A DNA stretch of 64,000 nucleotides from an uncultured virus (IMG/VR IMGVR_UViG_3300025727_000005) (IMGVR_UViG_3300025727_000005); one strand, 5' to 3'. Positions 21,001 through 31,332 are shown, counted from the stretch's first letter. Numbers and translations are program-made. The notes: generated by a model from the sequence alone, not told the origin.

Positions 21001-22469
21001 GATGAGTCAAAATCTTGACCCTTCCAACCATATTTGGCGACCAAAGCGTAGTCCACATAGACACCCTTAACACCCCATTCTCCTGTAGGGGCGACTCCAT
21101 TAAAGTTCCTAAAGTGAGATCCCTTCATAGTAACATAAGTCGCTTCGGGTTCAGCATGGGTAAAACTAATGTCGATTATATCTTCTCTGTAAATGTTATA
21201 GACTCGATCAGAAGAGGTATCCATGTTGTACATAGGGGGTTTAAATACTAAGTCTCCATCCATGTCTTGGTAGAACTCATAGCCAGTTGCTTCACATACA
21301 CGATTCGCTATGCTTTTCTTACTCTCCATGTTTGACTCAAAGAAAGAGATTTGACCAAATGAACCTAAGTCGGGTACGAAAGGTTTTAGTTGGAAAACAC
21401 TCAACCCTTTCTTATCTTTCTCTGTTACTTTACCTAATAACCTCGCGTCCATTGTCCTTTGAACACGACCCTGTGTTGCGTTGTTATGTTCAAACGCTAT
21501 CAAACCAGCCTTAACCATTCGAGAGAAAGAAATCCCTTTACTTTTCTCTTGTGAATAAGGTTTCTGTTGTTGTTTAATTACTCCCCTAAACTCAGCCTGC
21601 TTTTCACCTTTAGTCACAGTTTTATTCGCTACGATCTGTGTCTCTATCGCTGAATACATACGACCCGATGCACCATACATACGAAGCCCATACATACCAT
21701 TCTTGAATCGTTGCTCTAAGTACCTAATCATCAATGAGTAAAGCTGAGGTCCTGTACCCGATCTCGCTTTAATGTTCGACTTCTTTGATAAAGCGAAACC
21801 AGTACCCTCTGCACTACCTCCTGAATCTAAGAACAAATCATAAATGACTTGGTGAGGGGTCATCCCTGTATATACATGACCTCTAAGATTAACTGAACCA
21901 CGAGACATCGTAGGATCAGCGGCAAAGTATCCTTGCTGTGTATTGATCTGTTGGTTATCCCAAAAAGAGAGCATATTTCTCGTGGATATAGACACATCAT
22001 ACGCCCCGTCCGTTAGTGAGACATCAACTCCCGATATGACTCCATGAAAGACAGGGTAATAAGGTCGAATCTCAGTATCTGGTGCTGATAATGTTTCTCC
22101 ATTCTCTAGGTCTATATTGTCAGCTTTTAAGGCAAGCTCTTTTACTTGGAAGAATCCCCTATAATAAACGAAAACCTCAATCCCCGATACGAGGATAAAC
22201 TTACCGTCTTTATATACAGAGTCTCCATAAGCCCAAGGGATCTTCAAAGATATATCACAACCGTTAGATCCATCTACCCCACCACTTGCACTCACTGTAG
22301 TGATGAATCTTGAGAAATCAATCTTGTTCCTACAAGTTGGGCAACCAGGTAATGTTGTTTCACCATTAAAAGTAACGATGGCATCGGGAGTCCATGAACG
22401 AGTCTTTCGGTACTTATTTACAAAGTCTTCTGACCAGTTTCCTGCGTATGGTCTATTACTTACTTTCAT
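18081..22469 (-). CDS. baseplate hub protein (gp27/gpD-like) with long C-terminal extension
   Basis: EFYQDMDGDLVFKPP, KYGW, IPLRPEMKAGYPV, YYVESINHSFS..TTSLTL motifs; synteny. Confidence 0.7.
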   Translation of the reverse strand: MKVSNRPYAGNWSEDFVNKYRKTRSWTPDAIVTFNGETTLPGCPTCRNKIDFSRFITTVSASGGVDGSNGCDISLKIPWAYGDSVYKDGKFILVSGIEVFVYYRGFFQVKELALKADNIDLENGETLSAPDTEIRPYYPVFHGVISGVDVSLTDGAYDVSISTRNMLSFWDNQQINTQQGYFAADPTMSRGSVNLRGHVYTGMTPHQVIYDLFLDSGGSAEGTGFALSKKSNIKARSGTGPQLYSLMIRYLEQRFKNGMYGLRMYGASGRMYSAIETQIVANKTVTKGEKQAEFRGVIKQQQKPYSQEKSKGISFSRMVKAGLIAFEHNNATQGRVQRTMDARLLGKVTEKDKKGLSVFQLKPFVPDLGSFGQISFFESNMESKKSIANRVCEATGYEFYQDMDGDLVFKPPMYNMDTSSDRVYNIYREDIIDISFTHAEPEATYVTMKGSHFRNFNGVAPTGEWGVKGVYVDYALVAKYGWKGQDFDSSFYSNGRQAYYAAAVELDKQNKTTEGCSVTIPLRPEMKAGYPVYIEENDCYYYVESINHSFSYGGSCTTSLTLTCQRKKFIPPGDASVKYRDDPSRAVDLGRTELPERYIYKRYDRTDEGSRQINAQSQDSDVAYKKITGFPNVVMAFDHQNISPSMLFYTPDFHNIGGKKPKERVRYRNMIINEGMRLGILNAEPNVDLRKGPWFLMVPSSDGSAPRKVVLPLVKGEIAGTAELKTITDKSRKDAGNAALAIGKGGQSAKVEKARKKEANRLESVQGDIQKAVGTAGVYGEAGTKKNPNPTGESNTATILDLIYLIQSPQGRNPSNSPLQNLMSALSDKKSSFVPKAQGYFRYYSSSHPSPEHQGPELTEYNIDTQREVPELRFNDNVPDTVKDNVVKAKPDGDGDTVVFGNDSSTRGQIVRGLMTKTMYSNGVEYVPTKDITSLSFQVTSQFSVSKSKGPILKISQVWFQRNYKPGTEYWEGLYRHIKGALLKAKNFNQNTKAGTIIERFFNASADPKIDKLKVPLLRIDFPVANWDSAEASDYFANGTEIFAGTTETLASSKKSKSTGLDIKFPPTAKRSRAGKVVTNTNSLASHFASVIVYALRKLTKEKVKLAYNEDKWKELTANPTEANVKTQEELITAVRGFVYRTIKPNTILPTADLGTVELSGTTYTTKKDTTPTITPIFPISDAKGYEVFGAYQYGRGLSPSRGTLFDALLRQDPSQVLTPKGLDEAMDNLDEASNQTDFRKRLKQQYIRRVMSLSAEDRDRLRVGLGLDAEKRDTDDNAITKDDASVLANRLMTRSDEQIITNIPSALSEIYPSEDGNVVCECRIHSTDAILLEGSLDLDNFLEIENPALRGIRNMTEKKSVEWREHQTALRGENIERVPPGQGGFATSSGFGDGFDFNNRGNNRLLSSFTEVDEDADTLQTSFRNPFAGAVSSASAGLDQLSDQAKAIKAASKRVGGDDND

Positions 22470-22478
22470 ATTAACTCC

Positions 22479-23552
22479 TTAAAAGCCACCTAGATCAACA
22501 TCGCCTGCTATAGAAGATAAAGCGTCAAGGGTACTTTGACCAATCGAACTAGCACTGCTTCCTATATCACTGAGATCATCACCCATCTGACCTATGCTAC
22601 CCACTTGATCGGCACTCGCTGAAGGTGGCTTCATAGGCAATAAATGAGACTTATATTCAAAGCCCTCTTGGGTGTGCTTAAACACCGTAAAGCTCATACT
22701 AAACTCAATCCCACCATGTGGTTGATCTTCGCTTAAAGAATACTCCATGCTCTTAAGACGACCTTCCCAAGTCTGTCCATCATAGTGAATACATTGTGTA
22801 CCCACTGCATGATAAGCTCTCGACCTACCAAGAAGATCTACAATAGTCGCACTGTTCCTATATAAAGCGAGGATGGATGTTAGATTTCTGAACGCTAAAC
22901 TATCTCTGCGACTCACATATTGTAAGCCAGATATGCCTTGAATGTTCCCGTCAAAGTCTGGTACTTCTACTTTATCTCTACCTGCTATAAATGCACCTAT
23001 CGTACAGTTGATTGTGATCTCGGTTTGTTCCTCTCCCCAACGATGAAAGATAAAACCATAGCGAGTTACATCTCCATAACTCTGCCGATCTGTATAGTTA
23101 AAAGAAATAGAGTTAGGGTTGATAGCAAATACAATAGGGGGCAAGTCTAACATACGCCTGTGTTGTGCCATGATTGAACGGATCTGATCTCGGTCTGTAA
23201 ACCCAGCATCTTGTCTTAACTCATTGTTCTCATCTCTTCTCGCTCCATCTATTGGTCTTAATGCGTAAGTAGGGAGATTAGGCTTGAACATCGCCACCTC
23301 TTTATTCTGCATTGAAGAAATCCTGCCCCTAGACTGACTGACACCACTAAAAGGCTGACCACTAGGGTTTTTTATATACTCACCAATGTAAGGTGGGTTT
23401 AGCCTCAATACAAAAGGAGACATGGATCTTAAATGTTCCATACGACCATGTTCTAAAGGGATCGCCCCTGGATTATCTTCGGGGAATAAAATAAACTCTT
23501 CTGTGGTTGGTAAGTCTACAAAGGGCTTTGTGTCTACTGTTGCTTTAGCCAT
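22479..23552 (-). CDS. tail tube initiator / baseplate tube-fold protein
   Basis: FAINPNSISFNY...HRWGE...ITINC; paralogue of next gene; downstream of tape measure. Confidence 0.55.
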   Translation of the reverse strand: MAKATVDTKPFVDLPTTEEFILFPEDNPGAIPLEHGRMEHLRSMSPFVLRLNPPYIGEYIKNPSGQPFSGVSQSRGRISSMQNKEVAMFKPNLPTYALRPIDGARRDENNELRQDAGFTDRDQIRSIMAQHRRMLDLPPIVFAINPNSISFNYTDRQSYGDVTRYGFIFHRWGEEQTEITINCTIGAFIAGRDKVEVPDFDGNIQGISGLQYVSRRDSLAFRNLTSILALYRNSATIVDLLGRSRAYHAVGTQCIHYDGQTWEGRLKSMEYSLSEDQPHGGIEFSMSFTVFKHTQEGFEYKSHLLPMKPPSASADQVGSIGQMGDDLSDIGSSASSIGQSTLDALSSIAGDVDLGGF

Positions 23553-23554
23553 GA

Positions 23555-24226
23555 CTAAAACCTTTCTGAAGGCATTTGAGTTCTTACTCCATGATACTCC
23601 CTCTCCACTTGCATCGCCAAACTCACATTAAAACTGTAAGGTGTGTTTGCGTCATCTGTCACACTAAAAGACTGAAACCACCCGAACCATACCCCTCCGT
23701 CAAAGATCATCTTGATCTTACCTTGTACGATGACCCTACCTGTCTGATCATAGATCGACCCATTGTTATGAAAGAGAGCGAGTAGGTCGAGGTACTTATC
23801 ATAAGTGATTGTCTCTCGTCTTGTGCCACCTATACTTGTTCCGATAGTTGTTTCTTTAAGTGGTGGAGGACCCATGAAATCAGTGTAAGTTGTCGATGTT
23901 TGAGAGTTAGGGGGGATTGTTACTGGGCCAGTCACTGCACTTAGACCAGTATAGGGTCTGATGAAAGCACCACTAGATGCTTCAAGTGATATGGTCGTAG
24001 GGTTATCTCCCCAATAGTATTCAATCCAACCACTCAGCGTGGGAGAAATCTCATGCTTCTTCTCGTATGAGAATGAGATGTTCTTCGGGTTTGCGTGTAA
24101 GGTCATCTTCACATCATCGGGCAACAAAGAGGTAACCCCATCGGGAGCGACTATATCAAAGACAAAAGGTCTAATACCTAGATTGGAATCGGCTATGTCT
24201 TTATGTGGTATGGGTGATTTAATCAT
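23555..24226 (-). CDS. tail tube initiator / baseplate tube-fold protein
   Basis: LHANPKNISFSY...YYWGDNPTTISL...GWFQSFSVTDDA.PYSF; immediately after tape measure. Confidence 0.6.
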   Translation of the reverse strand: MIKSPIPHKDIADSNLGIRPFVFDIVAPDGVTSLLPDDVKMTLHANPKNISFSYEKKHEISPTLSGWIEYYWGDNPTTISLEASSGAFIRPYTGLSAVTGPVTIPPNSQTSTTYTDFMGPPPLKETTIGTSIGGTRRETITYDKYLDLLALFHNNGSIYDQTGRVIVQGKIKMIFDGGVWFGWFQSFSVTDDANTPYSFNVSLAMQVEREYHGVRTQMPSERF

Positions 24227-27200
24227 CTAGTCCCTCCCATGATTTTATCTTGTGCTTTTTTGATTTCGTTCACAACTTGACGACCAGTGTCCACAGGGTT
24301 CTTTGATCCATCAACAGTGATTGAGATGTTAAAGTTCCCACCTCCACCTCCACCTCCATATTTAGAGATGGCTTGATCTACATAGTTATTGACAGCCCCA
24401 CCTGGTTTGGTCATCGCCATTGCACCACCACCTAAAGGGGAGGGGAGATCTTGAGGGTCAATGCTCCAAAGATTGCCTCGTCCATCAAGCCAAAAGTCCT
24501 TCTTTTTTTTAGCTTTAGCTACTATTTTTTTAGCTTTAGTTTCTGCTGGAGTACCTGCTGTGTTACCTGCTGTAGTACCTGCTGGAGTACCTGCTGTGTT
24601 ACCTGCTGGAGTACCTGCTGTAGGAGTTCCTGCTGTAGCAGGTGTAGAGTTAAAGCCTAATAGAGATCTTGCCGCTTGATTGCCAGTTAAAGCCCTACTA
24701 TTAACCATACGCTGTATCCCCTCTTCTCCTTTTCTCTTTTGATAAGCGTCATAGACCTTTCCAGCGGAAGCCTCTTTACCTAAACCAAGCATATCTCGCA
24801 TCTCTTGTATCTCTTTATCTTCCATTTCTTTTTGGGCCTGAATATACGCATTTTTTGCAGTTTCTTCCTCTATCTCTTGTCTTGCTTTAGCGTCTACCTT
24901 CGCTTGGTTTTGGAGGTCTGATTTCTTTAATGGAGCGTTTAACTCTGCGACTGCCTCTTTCGATAGTTCTGCATTTACATCCTTTTCACTTATGTTTTTT
25001 CCAATCTCCTTATCCCATACATCTTCAACTAAAGTTTTATCCTTTCCTTCCTTATCCTTCCCTATTAGTTTCCTGGTAGATTGACCCATCGCCATACCCT
25101 TAGAAGAAAGATCCAATCTCATTTCATTTTGTGCCATAAATTTCAATACTTCGGGAGACATTTCTTCTCTCTTTGTAGTAGTAATATACTTCATAAGATC
25201 ACGATGCGTACCCCCTCCTATAATATCTGCGATAGGGGCAAACTGTTTAGCGATCTTATCCACTGCTTCCCCTAAAGCACCCTCCTCTTTACCTGTCCTC
25301 GCTCTTGTTTTTAGTGCTGTGTCGCCACTCAATCTTAGCATTTCCTCTTTGGTCTGAGTTCCAACTCCTAAATGATACGAGGTGGTCTGCAAGTTCCTTA
25401 ACTGTTCTCTTGATCTACCCTCTCTTGCCTTTAACTCAACTAGATCTTTTTCTTTCTGAGCTAGTGCTTTTTGGTCAGCCTCATACTTTTTCTTCTCCTT
25501 ACCGTCCATTTTCTTTTTAAAAGACAAACTGTGGAGTCTTTCTTTTTCAGCCTTAATCTTAGCTTCTTCTAACTTTTTCTCCTCAGATAGAGCTTGGACT
25601 CGCTCTCCCACGAGTTCTAAGGCATCTTTTCTGTTCTGTTTCTCAGCAGGATTAGCCCCCTTACCAGAGAAGAAAGACACCATATTATATATCCCACCCG
25701 AAATGTCATTCAAGATCCCTGCTATCGTGTTATTCAAGACATCGAATACAGAGGTAGTTGCTTTGATTCCTTCAGATAAATACTGCTCTTGGGTTTTAGC
25801 CGCTTCTTCTGGTTTGAGTCCTTCAAACTTAGCCTCGTCTTGTGCTTGCAAGTAATCAGAGAAGTTATCAACAGCCGTCTTAGTTGATAAGGAAATAAGT
25901 TTACCGTCTTTTGCTTCCAACCCTTGTTTCGCTAAGAAGGTCTTTTCCTCTGAAGTAAGTTTTCTATCGTCCTTATTAGCCACCTTAGCGATTTCTTCGG
26001 CTTTCCTCATATCACCCTTCATTGTTGTTTGAAGTTGGGCGAACGCTTCTATTTGCTCTTTAGTGACATCAAACTTAGTTAACATTTCTTTTGTAACCAC
26101 GCCTGCATCATTTAAATCCTTGTCTCCAATCCTAGACTCGATCATAGAAAACTTAGTCTTTAAGTTTGCCGAGGCCCCCTGCTCTTCTTGAGCACCTTGC
26201 ACCTCTGCCGATGTCGCTTTATCTTTTGTACCTCTAGCAAGCCTTATGAACTTATATAGTTGATCGGTGAACTCTCCAGTTGCATCCTCCCCCCCTACTT
26301 CTTTCATCCTCGAAAATAAGTCCTGTCTTCCCTTATTATCAAGATGTGCTAACTTTTTGATCAGATCTGCTTCATCTTCCGCACCTAGCGTTTTATCCTC
26401 CATAAGTTTTTGCATCATGCCCCCTTTCCCAGTCTCACCCCCGAAAGACTCCTTAAAGGATTTCCCAAACTTAATCGCTTCTACCTTTAATGTCTTTTTG
26501 ACTTCCTTTGACTTGGCCAGCATATTACGCTTCATTTGTTCAAGGTATCCCTCACTTCTGAACCCAGAGAACAGAGATTGTAGAGCTTTATCTAGTCCAC
26601 TCTTACCAAGGACAGAAGCGAATCTAAGGAATAAAGTACCAGCTTCTTTTGTTCTGTAGTTCATGTTCTCAAGTTGGTCAGTGAGTTCTTGTACCTTCTT
26701 GAAAAAGTTCCCTGTAGAGTAGCTTGATTGTAAAGCCATATCTCTAATGTTGGCAAAGTCTCCTGCCATTTTGCCAATAATAGAACCGTCTTTAGCAGAC
26801 ACCCCTAAGTCATGTGAAAACTTAGCCATGTACCCTTGGGCTTCGTCCATCGAGATACCAAGACCAAAAGCCATACCCTTAGCTGACTTCATGGCTTCTT
26901 TCATTTTCACCATGCTTGATTCTTCACCCCCAAACTGTTTGATACCCATATTCAAACTATTAAAACCAGCCACTAGAGCCATCGTATCTGCAAGGGGTAT
27001 ACCCATAGCGTTGGCAAAGTCTTTATCTCTAAAGGTGTCTCTTACTTTCTCAAGATTTTTCTGTGTGTCTCCTGTCCCTAATTTAATATCGTCAATCGCC
27101 ACACCACCCTCTAAGAGAGCTTTATTTGCTTCGAGGACAGTTCCCTCTACGAACTGAAAGAGCTTTACGAGCATCATGATTGAGCCACCTATAACAGCAA

Positions 27201-27909
27201 CCGTACTTACTACCTTAGACAGTCCACCGAGCATATCCGCAAACTCTTTACTTCCTTTACCTGCCCCCGCCTTTTCTTCTGCTTCACCTGCTTTCTCAGA
27301 TAAAAACCCACCTAATGATTTAAGACCTCCTGCAAAAGTGTTACCCCAACTCTCAAGATCCTTAGCTCCCGAAGTGAAAGCACTAACTGACGCTTCAAAC
27401 CTGTTAGAGAACTTTTCTTCTATCATAGCACCAGTTTTACCAAGTTCTTTGATACGCTCTTCTCGGTTCTCTAGCACTTTAGAGTATTGTAGGAGACTAT
27501 GCTCTGCCCCCTTACCAAACTCAGCGGCATTCTTCTGCATCAGTTTAGCTTCTCTAGCCAACTTGTTTATTTCTTGATTGATTTTCCCAACGACCTTGAG
27601 CTGTGCGTCCCTCCCTTTTGCATTACCCTCTTGATCTAATTTGAGGAGCTTTTCCTTTGCCTCTCTAAGATTGTTAGTCGCCTCAACCTGTGCTTCTTGA
27701 GCTTGCTTTGCGGCTGTAATGATACGCATTGCAGATTTCTCATCGCCTGCCCTAAGAGTCTTGTCGATGAGTTTGTCTTGTTCTTTAAGGACAGCTTGTA
27801 GGTCTTTAATCGACCCGATTGACCCCTTTAATATGTCAGACTGACCAGACTCGTTGATCTCTTTAAGAACAGTTGAAAAAATGTCCGTTAACTCTGTAGT
27901 GTTAGCCAT
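24223..27909 (-). CDS. tail tape measure protein
   Basis: 1228 aa, helical Ala/Lys/Glu/Gly-rich with hydrophobic segment; canonical position after tube and chaperones; NFNISITVDG C-terminus. Confidence 0.8.
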   Translation of the reverse strand: MANTTELTDIFSTVLKEINESGQSDILKGSIGSIKDLQAVLKEQDKLIDKTLRAGDEKSAMRIITAAKQAQEAQVEATNNLREAKEKLLKLDQEGNAKGRDAQLKVVGKINQEINKLAREAKLMQKNAAEFGKGAEHSLLQYSKVLENREERIKELGKTGAMIEEKFSNRFEASVSAFTSGAKDLESWGNTFAGGLKSLGGFLSEKAGEAEEKAGAGKGSKEFADMLGGLSKVVSTVAVIGGSIMMLVKLFQFVEGTVLEANKALLEGGVAIDDIKLGTGDTQKNLEKVRDTFRDKDFANAMGIPLADTMALVAGFNSLNMGIKQFGGEESSMVKMKEAMKSAKGMAFGLGISMDEAQGYMAKFSHDLGVSAKDGSIIGKMAGDFANIRDMALQSSYSTGNFFKKVQELTDQLENMNYRTKEAGTLFLRFASVLGKSGLDKALQSLFSGFRSEGYLEQMKRNMLAKSKEVKKTLKVEAIKFGKSFKESFGGETGKGGMMQKLMEDKTLGAEDEADLIKKLAHLDNKGRQDLFSRMKEVGGEDATGEFTDQLYKFIRLARGTKDKATSAEVQGAQEEQGASANLKTKFSMIESRIGDKDLNDAGVVTKEMLTKFDVTKEQIEAFAQLQTTMKGDMRKAEEIAKVANKDDRKLTSEEKTFLAKQGLEAKDGKLISLSTKTAVDNFSDYLQAQDEAKFEGLKPEEAAKTQEQYLSEGIKATTSVFDVLNNTIAGILNDISGGIYNMVSFFSGKGANPAEKQNRKDALELVGERVQALSEEKKLEEAKIKAEKERLHSLSFKKKMDGKEKKKYEADQKALAQKEKDLVELKAREGRSREQLRNLQTTSYHLGVGTQTKEEMLRLSGDTALKTRARTGKEEGALGEAVDKIAKQFAPIADIIGGGTHRDLMKYITTTKREEMSPEVLKFMAQNEMRLDLSSKGMAMGQSTRKLIGKDKEGKDKTLVEDVWDKEIGKNISEKDVNAELSKEAVAELNAPLKKSDLQNQAKVDAKARQEIEEETAKNAYIQAQKEMEDKEIQEMRDMLGLGKEASAGKVYDAYQKRKGEEGIQRMVNSRALTGNQAARSLLGFNSTPATAGTPTAGTPAGNTAGTPAGTTAGNTAGTPAETKAKKIVAKAKKKKDFWLDGRGNLWSIDPQDLPSPLGGGAMAMTKPGGAVNNYVDQAISKYGGGGGGGNFNISITVDGSKNPVDTGRQVVNEIKKAQDKIMGGTR
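24543..24642. repeat. 12-bp-unit tandem repeat encoding AGTP/AGNT/AGTT in tape measure
   Basis: repeated acctgctg-containing units visible directly. Confidence 0.85.
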
Positions 27910-27913
27910 GATC

Positions 27914-28984
27914 TTACCTCTCTAACTTCGGTAAAGGTCTGTTCGCAATCTGCTCTTGCAAAGATGGCATCTTGCCACCAGGGACTTGTTGTGACTTAAA
28001 GTATCTCTTGGAAAGATGTTCAGAGTATTCTTGACCTTCATCAAAGTTAATCGTGCTTCGTTCTCTTCCTTGAGTCATCTGAGCCACCTCTTCATCTGTG
28101 TATGCTCTAATAGGTGAACTCATAGATAAACTATTCATCTCGTGAACTTGCATCGCCATTTCACGAGCTTCTTGTGCTTGACGACTAAGAAATCCTTTTC
28201 TTTTTTCCATGTGCTCCATCACTTGGGATTTATATTCTTTCACCGCTTTATCGTGATTGTCCTCTTTACCCTCAATCCAATCCCAATACTCGCCCTGTAG
28301 CTCCTCTACCGATTTCTCGGCTTTGAGTTTTTCTTTCTTCTCATCATTTAAATCACCTTTATTCGCCTCCTCGATTAACCTCTCTCGATACTCCGATTCT
28401 TTCTTCTTTCGCCCTTCCCAATCCCTCTGTGCTTTTTGAACACCTTTAGGGTTCATTGAAGAAGCAATGAAGAACGCCCGACCCCATTCGTCTTCTATAT
28501 CACCCTTCTTATCTTCTGCTTCGTTATAGGCGATCCAACTCTTTTGTAAATCGGTGAGGGGAAAGCTCTGTGCTGTAAAAGTCATCCCGAACCGAGATGC
28601 TTGTTTCCACTCTTCCCACAAAACACGAGACTGATGTGTATAGCAAAACGCTTCAAAGGAACTCGCAAAAGAGTGAGACTCCTTCACACAACACCAGTAA
28701 TATCTTATGACTCTCGTAGTAAAACGAGGGCAAGATAGAAAGTGTTTTAAGACCTCAAACGAGACATCTTGAGAGACATCAAACCCCCCAATAGACTGCA
28801 AAGTCCTAGCCAAGATGAAAGAGCTTTTTTCGACCTCGTACTCAGCATAGTCATCACTACGATGTACATCTTCGAGCATAGGTAGTCGAAACCGAAGTGT
28901 ATATCCCTTTTTAACAGAGACTACTAAGCCTTGACCACCAGTCTTAATGTAGTCGTGTATGGCTTCATGGTACTTCTTTTTCAT
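27914..28984 (-). CDS. tail assembly chaperone-like protein 2
   Basis: between chaperone 1 and tape measure; start MKKKYH overlaps upstream gene. Confidence 0.5.
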   Translation of the reverse strand: MKKKYHEAIHDYIKTGGQGLVVSVKKGYTLRFRLPMLEDVHRSDDYAEYEVEKSSFILARTLQSIGGFDVSQDVSFEVLKHFLSCPRFTTRVIRYYWCCVKESHSFASSFEAFCYTHQSRVLWEEWKQASRFGMTFTAQSFPLTDLQKSWIAYNEAEDKKGDIEDEWGRAFFIASSMNPKGVQKAQRDWEGRKKKESEYRERLIEEANKGDLNDEKKEKLKAEKSVEELQGEYWDWIEGKEDNHDKAVKEYKSQVMEHMEKRKGFLSRQAQEAREMAMQVHEMNSLSMSSPIRAYTDEEVAQMTQGRERSTINFDEGQEYSEHLSKRYFKSQQVPGGKMPSLQEQIANRPLPKLER

Positions 28985-29504
28985 CGTTCTCAAGATTTTC
29001 TAACTTTTGAGAAACTTCAAGGTTTTCAATACGAGCTTTCAACTGCTCTTTTTCTACCTCTGTGTCCTCAATGTTTATCTTTAAACTCTCGTCTAGTCCT
29101 TGCTCTAGCTCCTCTGATAGAAGCCCATACTGCTCGAATAACTTAGATAGTACATACTTAGACCAACTGTCCATTACTTGAACAACTGCTTCTTCTTTAG
29201 AAACCTTAACTGCTTTACCATTTGGTAATGTGTCGCCTGTCTCGATTTCTTTTAAACCACGCAAATCGAGATCACCTACTTGAATGATAGACCGAGCAAG
29301 TGTCTCTCTACGAAAGGTGTCCGCAAACTCAACAGCAGATGAACCCTCAAGTTCGGGCAACATTTTCTGTACCTCAAGCTCCTCTTTTGGAGTGAGGTGC
29401 TTGATGAAGACCTTAATACCTTTAAGGTCTACTTCTCTTTCTCTTTGACAGAGTTGAGTAAGAGGAGACATCAACTCAAAGAGTTGTGATAAATTGATTG
29501 TCAT
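28965..29504 (-). CDS. tail assembly chaperone
   Basis: acidic 179 aa directly downstream of tube gene; IKHLTPKEELE, ETLARSIIQV. Confidence 0.55.
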   Translation of the reverse strand: MTINLSQLFELMSPLTQLCQREREVDLKGIKVFIKHLTPKEELEVQKMLPELEGSSAVEFADTFRRETLARSIIQVGDLDLRGLKEIETGDTLPNGKAVKVSKEEAVVQVMDSWSKYVLSKLFEQYGLLSEELEQGLDESLKINIEDTEVEKEQLKARIENLEVSQKLENLENDEKEVP

Positions 29505-29574
29505 TTTATTTTCATCCTGTCCGTTTATTTGTAGAGGGTACGGCTACCCTCATAGTACCATGTTAGGCTAAAGA

Positions 29575-30435
29575 TTATGCAGGTGCTTCAGGTGCTGGAG
29601 CTACACCTGAAGCAGACGCACCTGCTGAACGACCCGTAGCAGTAGCCGCTCTCTCATTGTACAGGAGTGAACTGTTCTGACCAAGTGTTGGATCATTACC
29701 AGTAGCCATGAACTCACCATAGGTAGAGTATAGGTCATGCACATCTGTGATCTGAGCTTCGATATTCTGCTGAATGATGCCACCATCGGCTGACATCTCA
29801 CCATGATCCATCGAAGTGATCCAACAACCCTCACAATAAGTGATGAGTGCTTTGTGTATTTGTGAACCCACTGTACCAGCTTCACCCTCGGCATTAGGTA
29901 CAGCACCATCTCCTAATGCATTATTTGAATTCAATCCTCCTGTCGCATTTTGCGATGAGAAATCGACATCAACAAGGCCATTGGGGCCAGTAGCAGGTGC
30001 TTCGGTGTCAGCAAGAGTTGAGAACACAAGCTGTTGCTCAATGTCGAAAGGCCATCTGTGATGTTGTAAAGTACGAACGGGTCCATCAACACCACCTGCA
30101 AAACCAAATGCTTGGTGAGCATTTGAGAGATAAAGAAGGGTACGAACAAATGAAGCACTGTGAGGGTCTGAAACACCAGGTACGAGTTCAGCAATCTGAT
30201 CCCCGAAACCTACACCACGATATGGTTCTGCACCTCTTGAAGATCCAGAGATTGAGAATGAAGCAACCACACCGATCTGATATAGAAGTCCATCTGTACT
30301 TCCATAAGCAGGTGTGAGAATACGACACTTTTGAGAAACAACGGCACGAGTGTTTGGGGATGAATTGAACTTATACAGGGCAGAAGTACCTGCGATACCT
30401 GCTTGTGGGTTCATATCTTTATTATTTGCTGGCAT
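29575..30435 (-). CDS. tail tube protein
   Basis: IGVVASFSI..SR..EP.RGVGFGD..AELVPG, PFDIEQ, YCEGCWITS; AGGAGG RBS; first gene of tail operon. Confidence 0.7.
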   Translation of the reverse strand: MPANNKDMNPQAGIAGTSALYKFNSSPNTRAVVSQKCRILTPAYGSTDGLLYQIGVVASFSISGSSRGAEPYRGVGFGDQIAELVPGVSDPHSASFVRTLLYLSNAHQAFGFAGGVDGPVRTLQHHRWPFDIEQQLVFSTLADTEAPATGPNGLVDVDFSSQNATGGLNSNNALGDGAVPNAEGEAGTVGSQIHKALITYCEGCWITSMDHGEMSADGGIIQQNIEAQITDVHDLYSTYGEFMATGNDPTLGQNSSLLYNERAATATGRSAGASASGVAPAPEAPA

Positions 30436-30497
30436 AATGTCCTCCTAGATTGACATGAGAGCTAAGGGAAAGTTTTGTTATTCATTTATATTTGAAC

Positions 30498-30513
30498 TAT
30501 AAACGAACTATTA
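30498..30513 (-). promoter_or_regulatory. putative late promoter of tail operon (TAATAGTTCGTTTATA)
   Basis: same motif as before leader genes, here ahead of a structural operon. Confidence 0.65.
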
Positions 30514-30535
30514 AAGACTATGTGAGGTTGTGTAT

Positions 30536-31285
30536 ATGTCATTTACATCAAATGAGAAATCTTATGGTGGGTATTCGTCTTTCTCTCCCATGCGTCACGC
30601 TGAACGAGAAGGCGATAAAAAAGAGAGAAACAAGAATGTACCCGCTTATGTTCATGATAAGGTAGAAGAGATCATGGAGAAGCAAAAAGATAAAGATGAG
30701 GGTAAGGCATGGGCTGTGGCGTGGTCGATTTATTGTAAATATAAGAAACCAGGATCGGATCACTGTAAAAAAGAGAAGGACGATTATTTCCCTAGTCGGA
30801 ATAAAAAAGCCACATGGACAAAACAAGAGCAACGAGAGATCAGAAGAAGAACACTTAGGATCATGGGTAAATTAGATCAGCTCGTGAGTAAAGGTCTCCA
30901 ACACATCACTAAGATCATTAAAGTGAACACGAATACAGAGCGTGAAGAACAACTTGTATGGCATATGTTAACCTACGGTAAGTTCCCTACCTATATGTTC
31001 AAAATATCTACCGAAGCTCGTATCTTAGGTAAGATTTCTGGCCTAATGCACCACGATAAGAAGGTGTCTGACATCACTTACCAAGAAGAGAAGGTGGCTT
31101 ACAAAACACTCTATAAGATTTGTAAATACTGCCACATTTATTGGTCTAGTAAAGTGTGGTCAAAAGTATGGATTGCATCGGGCGACATTCCGATTCGTAC
31201 TATTCGTGTTGAGTTTTTAACGCTTCATAATGTTGAGTTCAATGTAGAATATACAAGATTGCTTAGGTACTTATTTGATAGCTGA
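30536..31285 (+). CDS. hypothetical protein, N-terminal ChaB-like helical motif
   Basis: PAYVHDKVEEI...KAWAVAWS; GAGG RBS. Confidence 0.55.
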   Translation: MSFTSNEKSYGGYSSFSPMRHAEREGDKKERNKNVPAYVHDKVEEIMEKQKDKDEGKAWAVAWSIYCKYKKPGSDHCKKEKDDYFPSRNKKATWTKQEQREIRRRTLRIMGKLDQLVSKGLQHITKIIKVNTNTEREEQLVWHMLTYGKFPTYMFKISTEARILGKISGLMHHDKKVSDITYQEEKVAYKTLYKICKYCHIYWSSKVWSKVWIASGDIPIRTIRVEFLTLHNVEFNVEYTRLLRYLFDS

Positions 31286-31332
31286 AATCATATAAAGTAC
31301 ATTCCACACCCATAAAGGAGGGGTGTACTCAT

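Noticed and set aside
28965..28993. Programmed -1 frameshift between tail chaperone genes
   Set aside because: The downstream ORF is in the +1 frame with its own ATG, and no properly phased X XXY YYZ heptamer is evident.
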